32,000 nt of DNA from assembly GCF_000341895.1 (NCBI RefSeq), contig NC_020409.1, forward strand, positions 3,452,411 to 3,484,410, in the 5' to 3' direction. Under the pieces are notes generated by a model. The model was not told the DNA's origin. It saw only the letters and a list, made by a program, of their open reading frames with translations, and made no database searches. A program made the position numbers and the translations under genes. Below, piece after piece: positions 9,848 to 18,570 of this stretch; the stretch's first letter is position 1, and each line of letters opens with the position of its first letter. The DNA comes from Pseudodesulfovibrio piezophilus C1TLV30. Its GTDB lineage: Bacteria > Desulfobacterota > Desulfovibrionia > Desulfovibrionales > Desulfovibrionaceae.

Positions 9848-11323
9848 CTACCCCCCTATGGGGACCGTTATGGGCATACCCATCATTGGCCAGATAACCA
9901 GGACTGCGATGCCGACGATAATCATCAGAAGCAAAGATGCAGGAATGCCCCATCCGAAGAATTCTCCGGTCGTGAATTGGCCGGAATCATAGGCAATTGC
10001 ATTGGGAGCGGCTCCAACAAGGAGCATGAATGGCATACCGGCTACGACGAGTGATGCGTAAAGGATGACTTCGGGAGACACGCCAAGGTACGGAGCAATA
10101 ACCAGGGCCACGGGAAGAGAGATAGCTATTGCCGCAACATTCATGATGAAATTCGTCATCATCATGACGAAAAACGCGATGGACATGACGAAGATGAACC
10201 AATGTGCATCTTGAAACATGACAAGCCAGTTGACCGCCATCCACTTGGCAGCTCCGGTTTCCCAGAGGCAGAAGCCGATAGACATGGCTCCGGCAAAAAG
10301 CAGAATTATATTCCAGGGAATATCTTCCAGATCTTTGAGGTCCAGTATCTTGAAGATGAAGAAGAGGACCGATGAACAGAGGATTATCGCCGTTTTATCA
10401 ACCGCTTTGAGTGCAGGAACAAACGCTCGAAGTGACATGATAATAATCACGGTTCCAACGATGACGGCAGCCATTATTTCCTCTCGGGTCAAGCTTCCCA
10501 TTCTGGCATTGAGCTCACGAGCTTTTTCGCGCAGTCCCGGTATGCGATCCTTTTCCGGTTTGCAGACAAGCATGAAAAATCCCCAGAGCAGAAAAGTCAT
10601 TCCCCATCCTATAGGGGCCATGTAATAGGAGAGTTCAAAGAACCCGATGTCAACATTGATGATCTCCTTGTAAAATCCAATGGCGACAGCGCCGCGAGCT
10701 GCGCCGAGCAACGTGACAATTGATCCTGCCCCGGCCACATAGGCCATGCCGATGAAAAGGCCTTTGCCGAACTTGGTCGGCTTGTTGCCTTCGCCGTAAA
10801 GGGCGTAGATGGCCAGCAGTAAAGGATAAATCGTGGCTGCAACAGCGGTATGGGCCATGATGTGTGTCAGTGCTGCGGTTACCACGAAGACACCGAGGTA
10901 GATCATTGATGTGCGTTCGCCCACGATATCAAGCATCTTGTAAGCGAGACGTTTTGTCAGTCCTGTCTTGGTGAAGACGAGGCCGATCATGATCGAAGCA
11001 AATATGAACAGAACTGACGGGTCCATGAAGTCTTTGAAGGCGACCTTGGCAGGACGGATCATGAACATGACCTGTAATATCCCGATCATAAGTGAGGTGA
11101 TACCAATAGGGACGACCTCAAAAACCCACCATGTTCCCGCAAGTAAAAAGACTCCAATGGCCCCTTTTGCTTCTCTGGAGAGGATAAAGTGTTCACCCAT
11201 GGGGTCGACGGCATCGGGCCACGGTGGTGCATAATAGACAACTGCGAACAGAATGATGCCTGTGAGCATGAAAATCAGTCGTTTCCAGTCGAAAGCGGAT
11301 TTGGCGGCTTGAGCTGTTTCCAT
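9848..11323 (-). CDS. DASS/SLC13-family anion:Na+ symporter (CitT/SdcS-like permease)
   Basis: About 490 aa polytopic membrane protein with a typical DASS N-terminus (..REAKGAIGVFLLAGTWWVFEVVPIGITSL..). ATG at 11323 is preceded by SD GAGGAG; the longer ORF-track start at 11434 was rejected. Confidence 0.8.
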   Translation of the reverse strand: METAQAAKSAFDWKRLIFMLTGIILFAVVYYAPPWPDAVDPMGEHFILSREAKGAIGVFLLAGTWWVFEVVPIGITSLMIGILQVMFMIRPAKVAFKDFMDPSVLFIFASIMIGLVFTKTGLTKRLAYKMLDIVGERTSMIYLGVFVVTAALTHIMAHTAVAATIYPLLLAIYALYGEGNKPTKFGKGLFIGMAYVAGAGSIVTLLGAARGAVAIGFYKEIINVDIGFFELSYYMAPIGWGMTFLLWGFFMLVCKPEKDRIPGLREKARELNARMGSLTREEIMAAVIVGTVIIIMSLRAFVPALKAVDKTAIILCSSVLFFIFKILDLKDLEDIPWNIILLFAGAMSIGFCLWETGAAKWMAVNWLVMFQDAHWFIFVMSIAFFVMMMTNFIMNVAAIAISLPVALVIAPYLGVSPEVILYASLVVAGMPFMLLVGAAPNAIAYDSGQFTTGEFFGWGIPASLLLMIIVGIAVLVIWPMMGMPITVPIGG

Positions 11324-11351
11324 TGTCGTTCTCCTCAAAAAAAACGAAATA

Positions 11352-11870
11352 TTATTGACACGCGCAAGCCAGCATCCGCGACTTGACTTCATTGTAAATG
11401 TCACTGAGGCGCAGGACGCCGGAGATGTTGCCATTTTTTCTGACTATAAGCGGTTGGTGTTTGCCAACGATATAGCAGTGAATGCCGTATGCGAGGGTGT
11501 CGTCTTCATTGAGAAAATCGATTTCAGAGGGGATATGCATCACTTGGGATACTCCCTGTCTACAGCCCTCTTTGCAGAGTGTTTCAAGTGGATTTGCCCA
11601 GAGGCCAAACTCTTTGAAAGCGTCTGCAACATATTGTTTGGAAAGGGTGTCGGTTCCAAGTCCTTTTCCGGCCAGTCTTTTGTAGCTTGGTTCAAGAGCC
11701 GCCAGGATATCAGTCATGGTCAACACACCTGCGAAGTCGCCCTTGGTGTTAACTACAATCAAATCTCGATGTTGGCTCTCATCAAGAACAAGAATCGCCT
11801 GTCCAAGCGTGGCATCCTTGCCGATGGTGAGATATTCTTCGACAGGGATCATCAGGTCTTTCACTTTCAT
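11352..11870 (-). CDS. CBS-domain pair protein
   Basis: MKVKDLMIPVEEYLTI..VVNTKGDFAGVLTMTDIL and ..VRKNGNISGVLRLSDIY form two CBS motifs. SD GGGAGGA. It lies 28 nt upstream of the DASS gene, so co-transcription is likely. Confidence 0.8.
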   Translation of the reverse strand: MKVKDLMIPVEEYLTIGKDATLGQAILVLDESQHRDLIVVNTKGDFAGVLTMTDILAALEPSYKRLAGKGLGTDTLSKQYVADAFKEFGLWANPLETLCKEGCRQGVSQVMHIPSEIDFLNEDDTLAYGIHCYIVGKHQPLIVRKNGNISGVLRLSDIYNEVKSRMLACACQ

Positions 11871-12220
11871 GACAATATTCCTCCCATGGTAAAGCTGTAA
11901 GAGACAGTTTATCTACGAGTGAACGCTATGATTTCCTACAATGTATCCTGTTGTCCAAGAGGGATTCCTTGATGGTGCAGCACGCTGGTGCTTCTCCCGG
12001 ACTCGTGTCGTTTTTCAGGGAAATGGTGAGCTGCCGGTAGTTCATCCCCCCCCATTTGTCACCAGCTTTTGACCGGCTGGCTGCGATACATCAGAATTCT
12101 ATTGATAGAATATAGTTGAATGCGTCAAGAATATATCGTGAAAAAAAGAGCAAGTACGTTTTGAAACGTTATGAAACTATTTTATGGAACAAGACCGTTT
12201 CTTTGTGCAACACATTACGG

Positions 12221-12571
12221 TCATTTTGTTTCTTGGTAGTAATTTTGACCATGAGCTATTCTGCCACCCAGGTAAGCCTCAAGAACGATGTCGGCAGGAC
12301 CGCAGATGTCATCCACCACCCGAATGCCTTTCCATTCGAGAAAATCGAAAAATTCTTTTTCGATACCAGCACAAATGACTGTTTGGATACCTTCGCTGAC
12401 CGCTGCCCGGCACATCGATTCGGCTGAAGGATTTTCAATAGCGACATTTTTTTCCTCAACCCTGCCCATGGCACTGGTTTCCCGAATAATGGAGACAACA
12501 AGCACTTCTGCCGCGAGATCAAATCGTGGGGCAAGCTCTTTCCCCAGGAGAGGGATCAGTATCTTTTCCAT
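12221..12571 (-). CDS. NifX/NifB-C-terminal-like (dinitrogenase FeMo-cofactor-binding fold) small protein
   Basis: 116 aa. The pattern ..GKELAPRFDLAAEVLVV.. and ..GIQTVICAGI..FFDFLEWKGIRV is typical of the PF02579-type family as I recall it. It starts 8 nt after the regulator stop, with SD AGGTGA. Confidence 0.65.
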   Translation of the reverse strand: MEKILIPLLGKELAPRFDLAAEVLVVSIIRETSAMGRVEEKNVAIENPSAESMCRAAVSEGIQTVICAGIEKEFFDFLEWKGIRVVDDICGPADIVLEAYLGGRIAHGQNYYQETK

Positions 12572-12579
12572 ACATTCAC

Positions 12580-13980
12580 CTATTCAATTCCAAAGTGTTT
12601 CATCTTGCGCCATAGTGTTGAACGGCCCCAGCCGAGTAACTCTGCTGCCCGTCTTTTCTTGCCACCGGTTTTGACCAATGCATCCAGTATCATCTTTCTT
12701 TGAACGTCTTCCCAGCGTTCGGGGGGGATACTTCTGCTTCCTGCTTCTCCATTTGCATGATGTGAAGTCGATGGGGTTGTCGTCAAATCCTTCGGAAGGC
12801 CAGTGCCATGGAGCATGTACCCTGGGAGGTGGCGCATCCTTATGAGTTTACCATCGCAGAAGTTGACTGCATATTCGATGAGATTCTTCAATTCTCTGAC
12901 ATTGCCGGGATAGGCATAGGATTCGAGGAGTTTCTGTGCATTTTTCGAGAATCCTTCAACACTTTTGCCAAAACGGTTTTGAAACATTTTTAGAAAATGG
13001 TCCTGAAGAAGAAAGATATCATCTCCTCTTTCTCGCAAAGGAGGGAGGTGGAGTCTGATGACATTCAACCTGTAAAGAAGATCCTGGCGAAATTCCTTTT
13101 GCCTCACCAATTTATCAAGGTCGTACTGTGTCGCAGCCATGATACGAACATCCGTGCGCATCCCTTTTGCTGATCCAACAGGGTACACGACATGGTCATC
13201 CATGTACGAGAGAAGTTTGGTTTGTACTGATATGGGAAGGTCTCCAATCTCGGCGACGAAAAGGGTTCCCCCATGCGCCATTCGTAGGCGTCCGGGCTTG
13301 TCGTGATCAGCACCTGGAAGAGAGTGTTTGATATGACCGAAAAATTCGGATTCCAACAAAGTCGGGGGGAGTGCGCCGCAGTTTACCTTGATGAAAGGTC
13401 CGTCAGATCTTTCGGATTCATTATGAATCTCCTCGGCGAGCATATCCTTTCCAGTTCCTGTTTCCCCTGAGATGAGCACGGGCGAATCTGTCTGGGCAAT
13501 GGCGGGGGTCATGGAAAAAATCTTTCGGACCTGAGGGCTTCGTCCGACAAGTTCTCCCAATCCGAAGACACACCCTGAGGTTTCATCCAAGGGGTGAGGT
13601 GAGCCAGGAGTGATTGTTTCGACAATGCCGGTCATTTCTCCTTTCTCATCAATAATAGGACTGACCGTCAGGCTGACGAATATCCTCTCTCGGGCTCGGT
13701 TGATGAGATTGGCTTCAATTTTTTTCTCTGTATACCCGGACCAACCGCTCATGACAGGGCAGCCATTGACACAGTAATCACATCGAAGTGCGTGAAGACA
13801 TTGAAGCCCTTGGCTCTGTTTTTTATTGATTCCGGTGATTGTCTCGTACGCCTTGTTCACCAGACGCAAGGTTCCACGTGTATCCATCACGGCGACACCG
13901 ATGGGCAACTGGTCCATAATGGCAACGAGGCCTTTTTCATCGGTAATGGGTGGCATGAGAGTCGGGTCAGATAACAGCAT
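12580..13980 (-). CDS. PAS-domain AAA+ enhancer-binding-protein-family regulator with a Fis-type HTH; atypical (GAFTGA replaced by HSLPGA, Walker B DE replaced by AE)
   Basis: Walker A GETGTGKD. ESEFFGH. LYRLNVIRLHLPPLRERGDD. YAYPGNVRELKN. C-terminal HTH AAELLGWGRSTLWRKMK. N-terminal PAS with C-x5-C-x2-C-x3-CP. Confidence 0.85.
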   Translation of the reverse strand: MLLSDPTLMPPITDEKGLVAIMDQLPIGVAVMDTRGTLRLVNKAYETITGINKKQSQGLQCLHALRCDYCVNGCPVMSGWSGYTEKKIEANLINRARERIFVSLTVSPIIDEKGEMTGIVETITPGSPHPLDETSGCVFGLGELVGRSPQVRKIFSMTPAIAQTDSPVLISGETGTGKDMLAEEIHNESERSDGPFIKVNCGALPPTLLESEFFGHIKHSLPGADHDKPGRLRMAHGGTLFVAEIGDLPISVQTKLLSYMDDHVVYPVGSAKGMRTDVRIMAATQYDLDKLVRQKEFRQDLLYRLNVIRLHLPPLRERGDDIFLLQDHFLKMFQNRFGKSVEGFSKNAQKLLESYAYPGNVRELKNLIEYAVNFCDGKLIRMRHLPGYMLHGTGLPKDLTTTPSTSHHANGEAGSRSIPPERWEDVQRKMILDALVKTGGKKRRAAELLGWGRSTLWRKMKHFGIE

Positions 13981-14267
13981 GGTGGTTTATTTCCCTCAAA
14001 TCAATGTGTGTAAGGGGTTCCTTTCATGCTGTAATTTTGAACCGAATTGGAACGTTTTGGCAAGGCTAAGCTGGAAAATATAAGCAGGAAATATAAAACG
14101 GCATGGGAGAGATGATTTAAATTTTATTCATAGAGTGAATAAAAGGATTTTGGCAGAGGTAAAGATTTGTGTGTCCCGCTGAATTTGCATGGTGGCCATT
14201 CCGGAAAAAACATTCGCTCTCCATTATGTGGAGGATTGGTTTTGTCGAGCCAGGCGTGAGTGAGGAG

Positions 14268-15665
14268 TTAAAATTGAAAATAGATGAACGGTTTGTACCC
14301 ATCGGGGAAAAACATGGCCGAGACCCAGAGCAGGGTGAAGAGCAGTGTTGGGGAGTACCACTGTCTTTTTTGAGGGTATATCCATCGACGCCATAGTCCT
14401 TTGGACTCAAGTAGGTGCACAGCAAGGGTGCCCAAGAGAATGAAGAGGACAAAGGGATTTATCCATGAAATCCCTGCTTCAGGGATGAACATTTGTCGGA
14501 GCATGAGTTGGGCTGTGCCAAAACCGTCGCTTCGGAAAAGAACCCATCCAATGATGACAAAAAGCATTGTGAATATCCAACCTGCCAACTGAATATATCG
14601 AGAATCCACTTGAGGGCCATGGTGCATCCAGAGTCTGTTTTTGGCCAGAGCCAATCCATGCATGGCTCCCCAGGCGACAAAGGTCCAGGCTGCTCCATGC
14701 CAGAGTCCACAAAGAATCATTGAAAGAAGTAGATTGGCGTAGGTTCGGAGTGGGCTTTTCCAACTGCCGCCGAGAGGAATATACAGATAGTCCCGTACCC
14801 AGGATGACAGGGATATATGCCACCTTTTCCAGAATTCACGGGGGCTTCGGGCGAGGTAGGGAAAATTGAAATTTTCGCCGAGATCATATCCCAGAATTCG
14901 GGCTATTCCAATAGCCATGTCCGAGTAACCGGAAAAGTCGAAGTAGATTTGCATTGTATAAGCGAGAGCAGCCAGCCATGTCGTGATCGAGTCATAGGCT
15001 CCCGCATGGATGAAGACATTGTCTGAAAACATGGCCAGTCGATCTGCAATGAAGACTTTTTTGAATAAGCCATAAGTAAAAAGCTGAAATCCACAATAAA
15101 AATTCTCTTTTGTCAGTGCCTTGTATGATTTGAGTTGAGGGAGGAAATCGGAGGCGCGGACGATGGGACCTGCCACGAGTTGTGGGAAAAAACCGACGAA
15201 AAGCGCGAAATCAAGAAGGTTGTCGTGTTGTTTTATTTTCCCGCGATAAATATCAAGGGTATAACTGAGTGTTTGAAAAGTGTAGAATGAAATGCCTACG
15301 GGTAAGATTATATCCAATGAACTGGAGTGGAGGCCGATGGACTCTATCATCGGTTTGAACGAGTCTATAAAGAAGTTGTAGTATTTGAAGTAGCCAAGCA
15401 AGCCGAGGTTGACCGCCAGGCTGAGCCAGAGCCACCTTGTGCGATGTTGTTGTTTCGAGGTTGAAGCGATCTTTTTCCCCACGAAGAAATCGACGAGGGT
15501 GGAGAGCCATATCAATGAAAGGAAACGCCAGTCCCAATAAGCGTAAAAGTAATAGCTGGCGATCAGAAGCAGGGTTTTTCGTCCGGTGTGATGATTGCGT
15601 AAAGCTGTCAGTCCCAACAGGACAAAGACGAAGAACAGAATGAATTCAGGAGAGGAAAAGATCAC
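14268..15665 (-). CDS. MBOAT-family membrane O-acyltransferase (AlgI/DltB/PatA-like)
   Basis: The N-terminus (M)IFSSPEFILFFVFVLL, the conserved FWKRWHISLSSWVRDYLYIPLGG block and the ..WHGA.. histidine are typical of MBOAT. GTG start overlaps the upstream gene's stop (GTGA). Confidence 0.9.
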   Translation of the reverse strand: MIFSSPEFILFFVFVLLGLTALRNHHTGRKTLLLIASYYFYAYWDWRFLSLIWLSTLVDFFVGKKIASTSKQQHRTRWLWLSLAVNLGLLGYFKYYNFFIDSFKPMIESIGLHSSSLDIILPVGISFYTFQTLSYTLDIYRGKIKQHDNLLDFALFVGFFPQLVAGPIVRASDFLPQLKSYKALTKENFYCGFQLFTYGLFKKVFIADRLAMFSDNVFIHAGAYDSITTWLAALAYTMQIYFDFSGYSDMAIGIARILGYDLGENFNFPYLARSPREFWKRWHISLSSWVRDYLYIPLGGSWKSPLRTYANLLLSMILCGLWHGAAWTFVAWGAMHGLALAKNRLWMHHGPQVDSRYIQLAGWIFTMLFVIIGWVLFRSDGFGTAQLMLRQMFIPEAGISWINPFVLFILLGTLAVHLLESKGLWRRWIYPQKRQWYSPTLLFTLLWVSAMFFPDGYKPFIYFQF

Positions 15666-16717
15666 TTGCGGACTCCCTGAAAGGAGTCCCGAAGGGATTC
15701 TGCGATTATTTTCAAGCCATATTCATTCATATGTCCTGTCCCAGGGGGGCTGTTGAAGAAGCCTCGTGGTAACGTCTTTTTTTGCAGGTACAGTTGAGTA
15801 AATCGTTTTGTCGTATCAATGAATCCCACGCCACTCTCTGTGCAGATGGTGTGAAATCGTTCAACAAGGTCTGCTTTGGTATCTTTGAGTTGAATTCTAC
15901 CATGCTTGAGGGAAGGGACACTTTTGGGGCAATAAATGAAAACAAGAAACCCACTGCTTTGTTGCTTCAGTCTCTGTAAGAGAAAACGCCATCCCTCTTC
16001 GAGGTTGTAGGATTTCGAGTCGGCAGGTGGTCTCTGAGTCGATTGTGGGGCTTGGGTTCTGGTGAGCCTGAGATCCGGCAGTCTCTGCGATGTCAGCAAA
16101 TAATAAAACGGACCGAGGCGAAGCGTTCTGGCAATAGATTTTAAAAACTGTTTCCTCTTTCCAGGGGCTATCTTTTTGTCAGTTAATGCCCATGGAGATG
16201 ATAAAAACTGTCCATGTCCGTTTATTGGGATATTGGGGAGCACGTCGTCCATACCGCTGAGCAGGATGACATGGCCGACTATGCCCTTCAGGGCTTTTTC
16301 ATATCGAGGTATTGCGTAGTAGTAGTCGGCTACCGTTGCACCGCTTCGTCCATATGTGATGCACGCGTATGGAGTTTCGGACGAGATGGCATTGAATTGA
16401 GCTGAGATTTTTTTGTTATCCGGAACTTGTAAGGATTCCGCATGGGAGTCTCCCCACAGGATGAATTTGGGTCTTGCTGACAAGACAAGGGCTTCTTCAT
16501 TCAAGGCAAAACCATGCTGACCATAGTGCGAGTCTGCCCAGCCTTCGCTTCTCCATGTCACAATTGATCCTGGAGTTGGGACATATTCTCCAATGGTTTG
16601 ATCAAACGTTTGGAGTTGAAGACTGTTTTTGAAGAAAAAGACCATGGCCCAGATGATCAGAGTTGACGAGAGTATCCCTATTCCCCAGTGGAAAATGGAA
16701 TTGCTGTTTTTTTTCAT
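15662..16717 (-). CDS. SGNH/GDSL-like periplasmic partner of the MBOAT (AlgJ/AlgX/PatB-like), single N-terminal TM
   Basis: TM anchor IFHWGIGILSSTLIIWAMVFFF. GDS(H) block ILWGDSHAESL. 4-nt overlap with the MBOAT gene. The start is uncertain: ATG 16717 or ATG 16855. Confidence 0.6.
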   Translation of the reverse strand: MKKNSNSIFHWGIGILSSTLIIWAMVFFFKNSLQLQTFDQTIGEYVPTPGSIVTWRSEGWADSHYGQHGFALNEEALVLSARPKFILWGDSHAESLQVPDNKKISAQFNAISSETPYACITYGRSGATVADYYYAIPRYEKALKGIVGHVILLSGMDDVLPNIPINGHGQFLSSPWALTDKKIAPGKRKQFLKSIARTLRLGPFYYLLTSQRLPDLRLTRTQAPQSTQRPPADSKSYNLEEGWRFLLQRLKQQSSGFLVFIYCPKSVPSLKHGRIQLKDTKADLVERFHTICTESGVGFIDTTKRFTQLYLQKKTLPRGFFNSPPGTGHMNEYGLKIIAESLRDSFQGVRK

Positions 16718-16888
16718 GGGTGGATCATCTGTTAATGGATTGAGAGACTCAGCATTTAGTTTGTATTTTCGTAACGTCCTAATAAACTTTTTGAAGTCAC
16801 TCAAGTCAATAAAAAAAGGCGGAATACAGGCTTGAGTGTGGGAGGGGATGTGCATGTTTTCTCACGATTGTCATGAAGGGTTTCTGGC

Positions 16889-17650
16889 ATGCATGTTGCT
16901 TTAACAAAAGAGACTTTTATGGAGCAGCAGTCAGGAACGATTGAGAAAATTGAGGGTGCGATGTTCGATCAAGAGGGTGTGTTGCTGGAGTTTTCACAAT
17001 GCGAGTATGCGGATATGGCTCGTTTGCAAGAAGTTCTTCGAAATAAAAGATATCAGGAAGATATTCCGGATGTCGTTATTTTTCTTGAACATACGGCATG
17101 TATCACAGTTGGCCGCAGCGGAGGATATGAGAATATACTCGCGGACAACGTTGCTTTGAAAAATAACGGGATAGCTGTTCATGAAACTCCCCGAGGGGGA
17201 AATATCACATATCATGGGCCGGGGCAGTTGGTTTGTTATCCGATTCTTTCATTGGAAGGAGAAAAACGGGATCTGCATCTCTATGCTCGCAATATGGAAG
17301 AGGTCATGATTCGCACAGTGGAGAGCTTTGGTATCCAAGCTGGGCGCAAACCCCAATACCCCGGAGTTTGGGTCGGGGAAAATAAGATCGGCGCAATGGG
17401 GATTGCTGTTCGAAAATGGACCACTATGCACGGTATCGCATTGAATGTATGTCCTGACCTGGACCATTTCTCCTTGATCGTGCCTTGTGGAATTGGTTCC
17501 CATGGTGTCACTTCCATGGCGGAAGTCCTGGGGTCTTCTATTGATATCAAGAGTGTTCGTAGTGAAATGCAAAGGCACTTTTCAGAAATTTTTGAAATCT
17601 CTCTCCATCCCGTTGAGTTGAAAGATCTTATTGAGGAGGAATCGTTGTGA
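16889..17650 (+). CDS. lipB: Lipoyl(octanoyl) transferase LipB
   Basis: VIFLEHTACITVGR.., RGGNITYHGPGQLVCYPIL, KIGAMGIAVRKWTTMHGIALNV. ATG 16919 is an alternative start. Confidence 0.9.
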   Translation: MHVALTKETFMEQQSGTIEKIEGAMFDQEGVLLEFSQCEYADMARLQEVLRNKRYQEDIPDVVIFLEHTACITVGRSGGYENILADNVALKNNGIAVHETPRGGNITYHGPGQLVCYPILSLEGEKRDLHLYARNMEEVMIRTVESFGIQAGRKPQYPGVWVGENKIGAMGIAVRKWTTMHGIALNVCPDLDHFSLIVPCGIGSHGVTSMAEVLGSSIDIKSVRSEMQRHFSEIFEISLHPVELKDLIEEESL

Positions 17651-18507
17651 TAAAACCGCGCTGGCTGGTGCTTCCAGCTCCCGATGCTCATGATATGAAT
17701 CGTATTCAGGATATTTTAGACAAGGGGCAGTTACACTCTGTGTGCGAAAGCGCCCAATGTCCGAATATTGGTGAGTGCTTTGCTCATAAGACCTGCACGT
17801 TCATGATTTTGGGAGATATCTGCACACGTAATTGTGCATTTTGTGCTGTCGCCCATGGTCATCCTCTCAGTCCTGATCCTCAGGAGCCGGGGATGGTAGG
17901 GGAGACAGCCAGGCAGTTGGGGTTGAAGCATGTGGTCGTCACTTCGGTAACTCGGGATGATCTTCCTGATGGTGGTGCGGAACATTTTGTGGCGACAATA
18001 CAAGCCATCAAGCATGAAAATCCGGATGCAACCGTGGAAGTCCTTATTCCTGATTTCGGAGGGCGGCGAGAGCCGCTTGAGAGTGTCCTTTCGGCGATGC
18101 CGGATGTCCTTAACCATAATATTGAAACAGTCCCCCGTCTCTATGATTCAGTTCGACCGGGAGCACGTTATGAGCGTTCCTTGCAGTTGATTAGGAATGT
18201 TTCCAACTCACGTTCCGATGAGCGGATTCTCACGAAATCAGGTCTGATGCTCGGACTCGGCGAAACACAAGAGGAAGTCGTTGCAACAATGGAGGATCTG
18301 CTTCAGGTCGGGTGTCGTATTGTGACTCTTGGACAATATCTTTGTCCCTCGTCTCGTCATCATCCTGTGGTCGAGTATGTTCATCCTGACACATTCAACC
18401 GATTGGCTGATATTGGCAAACAGCTTGGGTTCAAACAAGTGGTGGCAGGGCCGCTGGTGCGGAGTTCCTATCATGCTGCCGAAAGTTTCAAAGAGTTGCG
18501 GATGTGA
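17647..18507 (+). CDS. lipA: Lipoyl synthase LipA (radical SAM)
   Basis: KPRWL N-terminus. CESAQCPNIGEC (Cx4Cx5C) and CTRNCAFC (Cx3Cx2C) motifs. C-terminal RSSYHA. GTG start overlaps the lipB stop. Confidence 0.95.
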   Translation: MIKPRWLVLPAPDAHDMNRIQDILDKGQLHSVCESAQCPNIGECFAHKTCTFMILGDICTRNCAFCAVAHGHPLSPDPQEPGMVGETARQLGLKHVVVTSVTRDDLPDGGAEHFVATIQAIKHENPDATVEVLIPDFGGRREPLESVLSAMPDVLNHNIETVPRLYDSVRPGARYERSLQLIRNVSNSRSDERILTKSGLMLGLGETQEEVVATMEDLLQVGCRIVTLGQYLCPSSRHHPVVEYVHPDTFNRLADIGKQLGFKQVVAGPLVRSSYHAAESFKELRM

Positions 18508-18570
18508 TGAGCGTGTGCCATCGAATCGTCGTTAACGTAATGGAGAGTCCTTCAGAATATGTGAGAAAGC

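Noticed and set aside
11355-11900. 181-aa ORF on the plus strand covering the whole CBS gene
   Set aside because: It is an exact antisense shadow of a gene with clear CBS motifs and a good SD. It has no SD or recognisable domains of its own.
11974-12000. Weak GG-N10-GC match on the minus strand (cGGGAGaagcacCAGCg) upstream of the CBS-DASS operon
   Set aside because: Only the bare dinucleotides match; both the -24 (TGGCAC) and -12 (TTGCW) contexts are poor. Not reported as a promoter.
12156-12169. Small palindrome ACGTTT-TG-AAACGT upstream of the CBS operon
   Set aside because: The arms are only 6 bp, there is a single copy, and it lies far (about 290 bp) from the gene start. Insufficient to call an operator.
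12116-12674. Plus-strand ORFs 12116-12427, 12184-12378 and 12288-12674
   Set aside because: They overlap the NifX-like gene and the regulator's 3' end antisense, or lie in the promoter region. No SD and no recognisable motifs.
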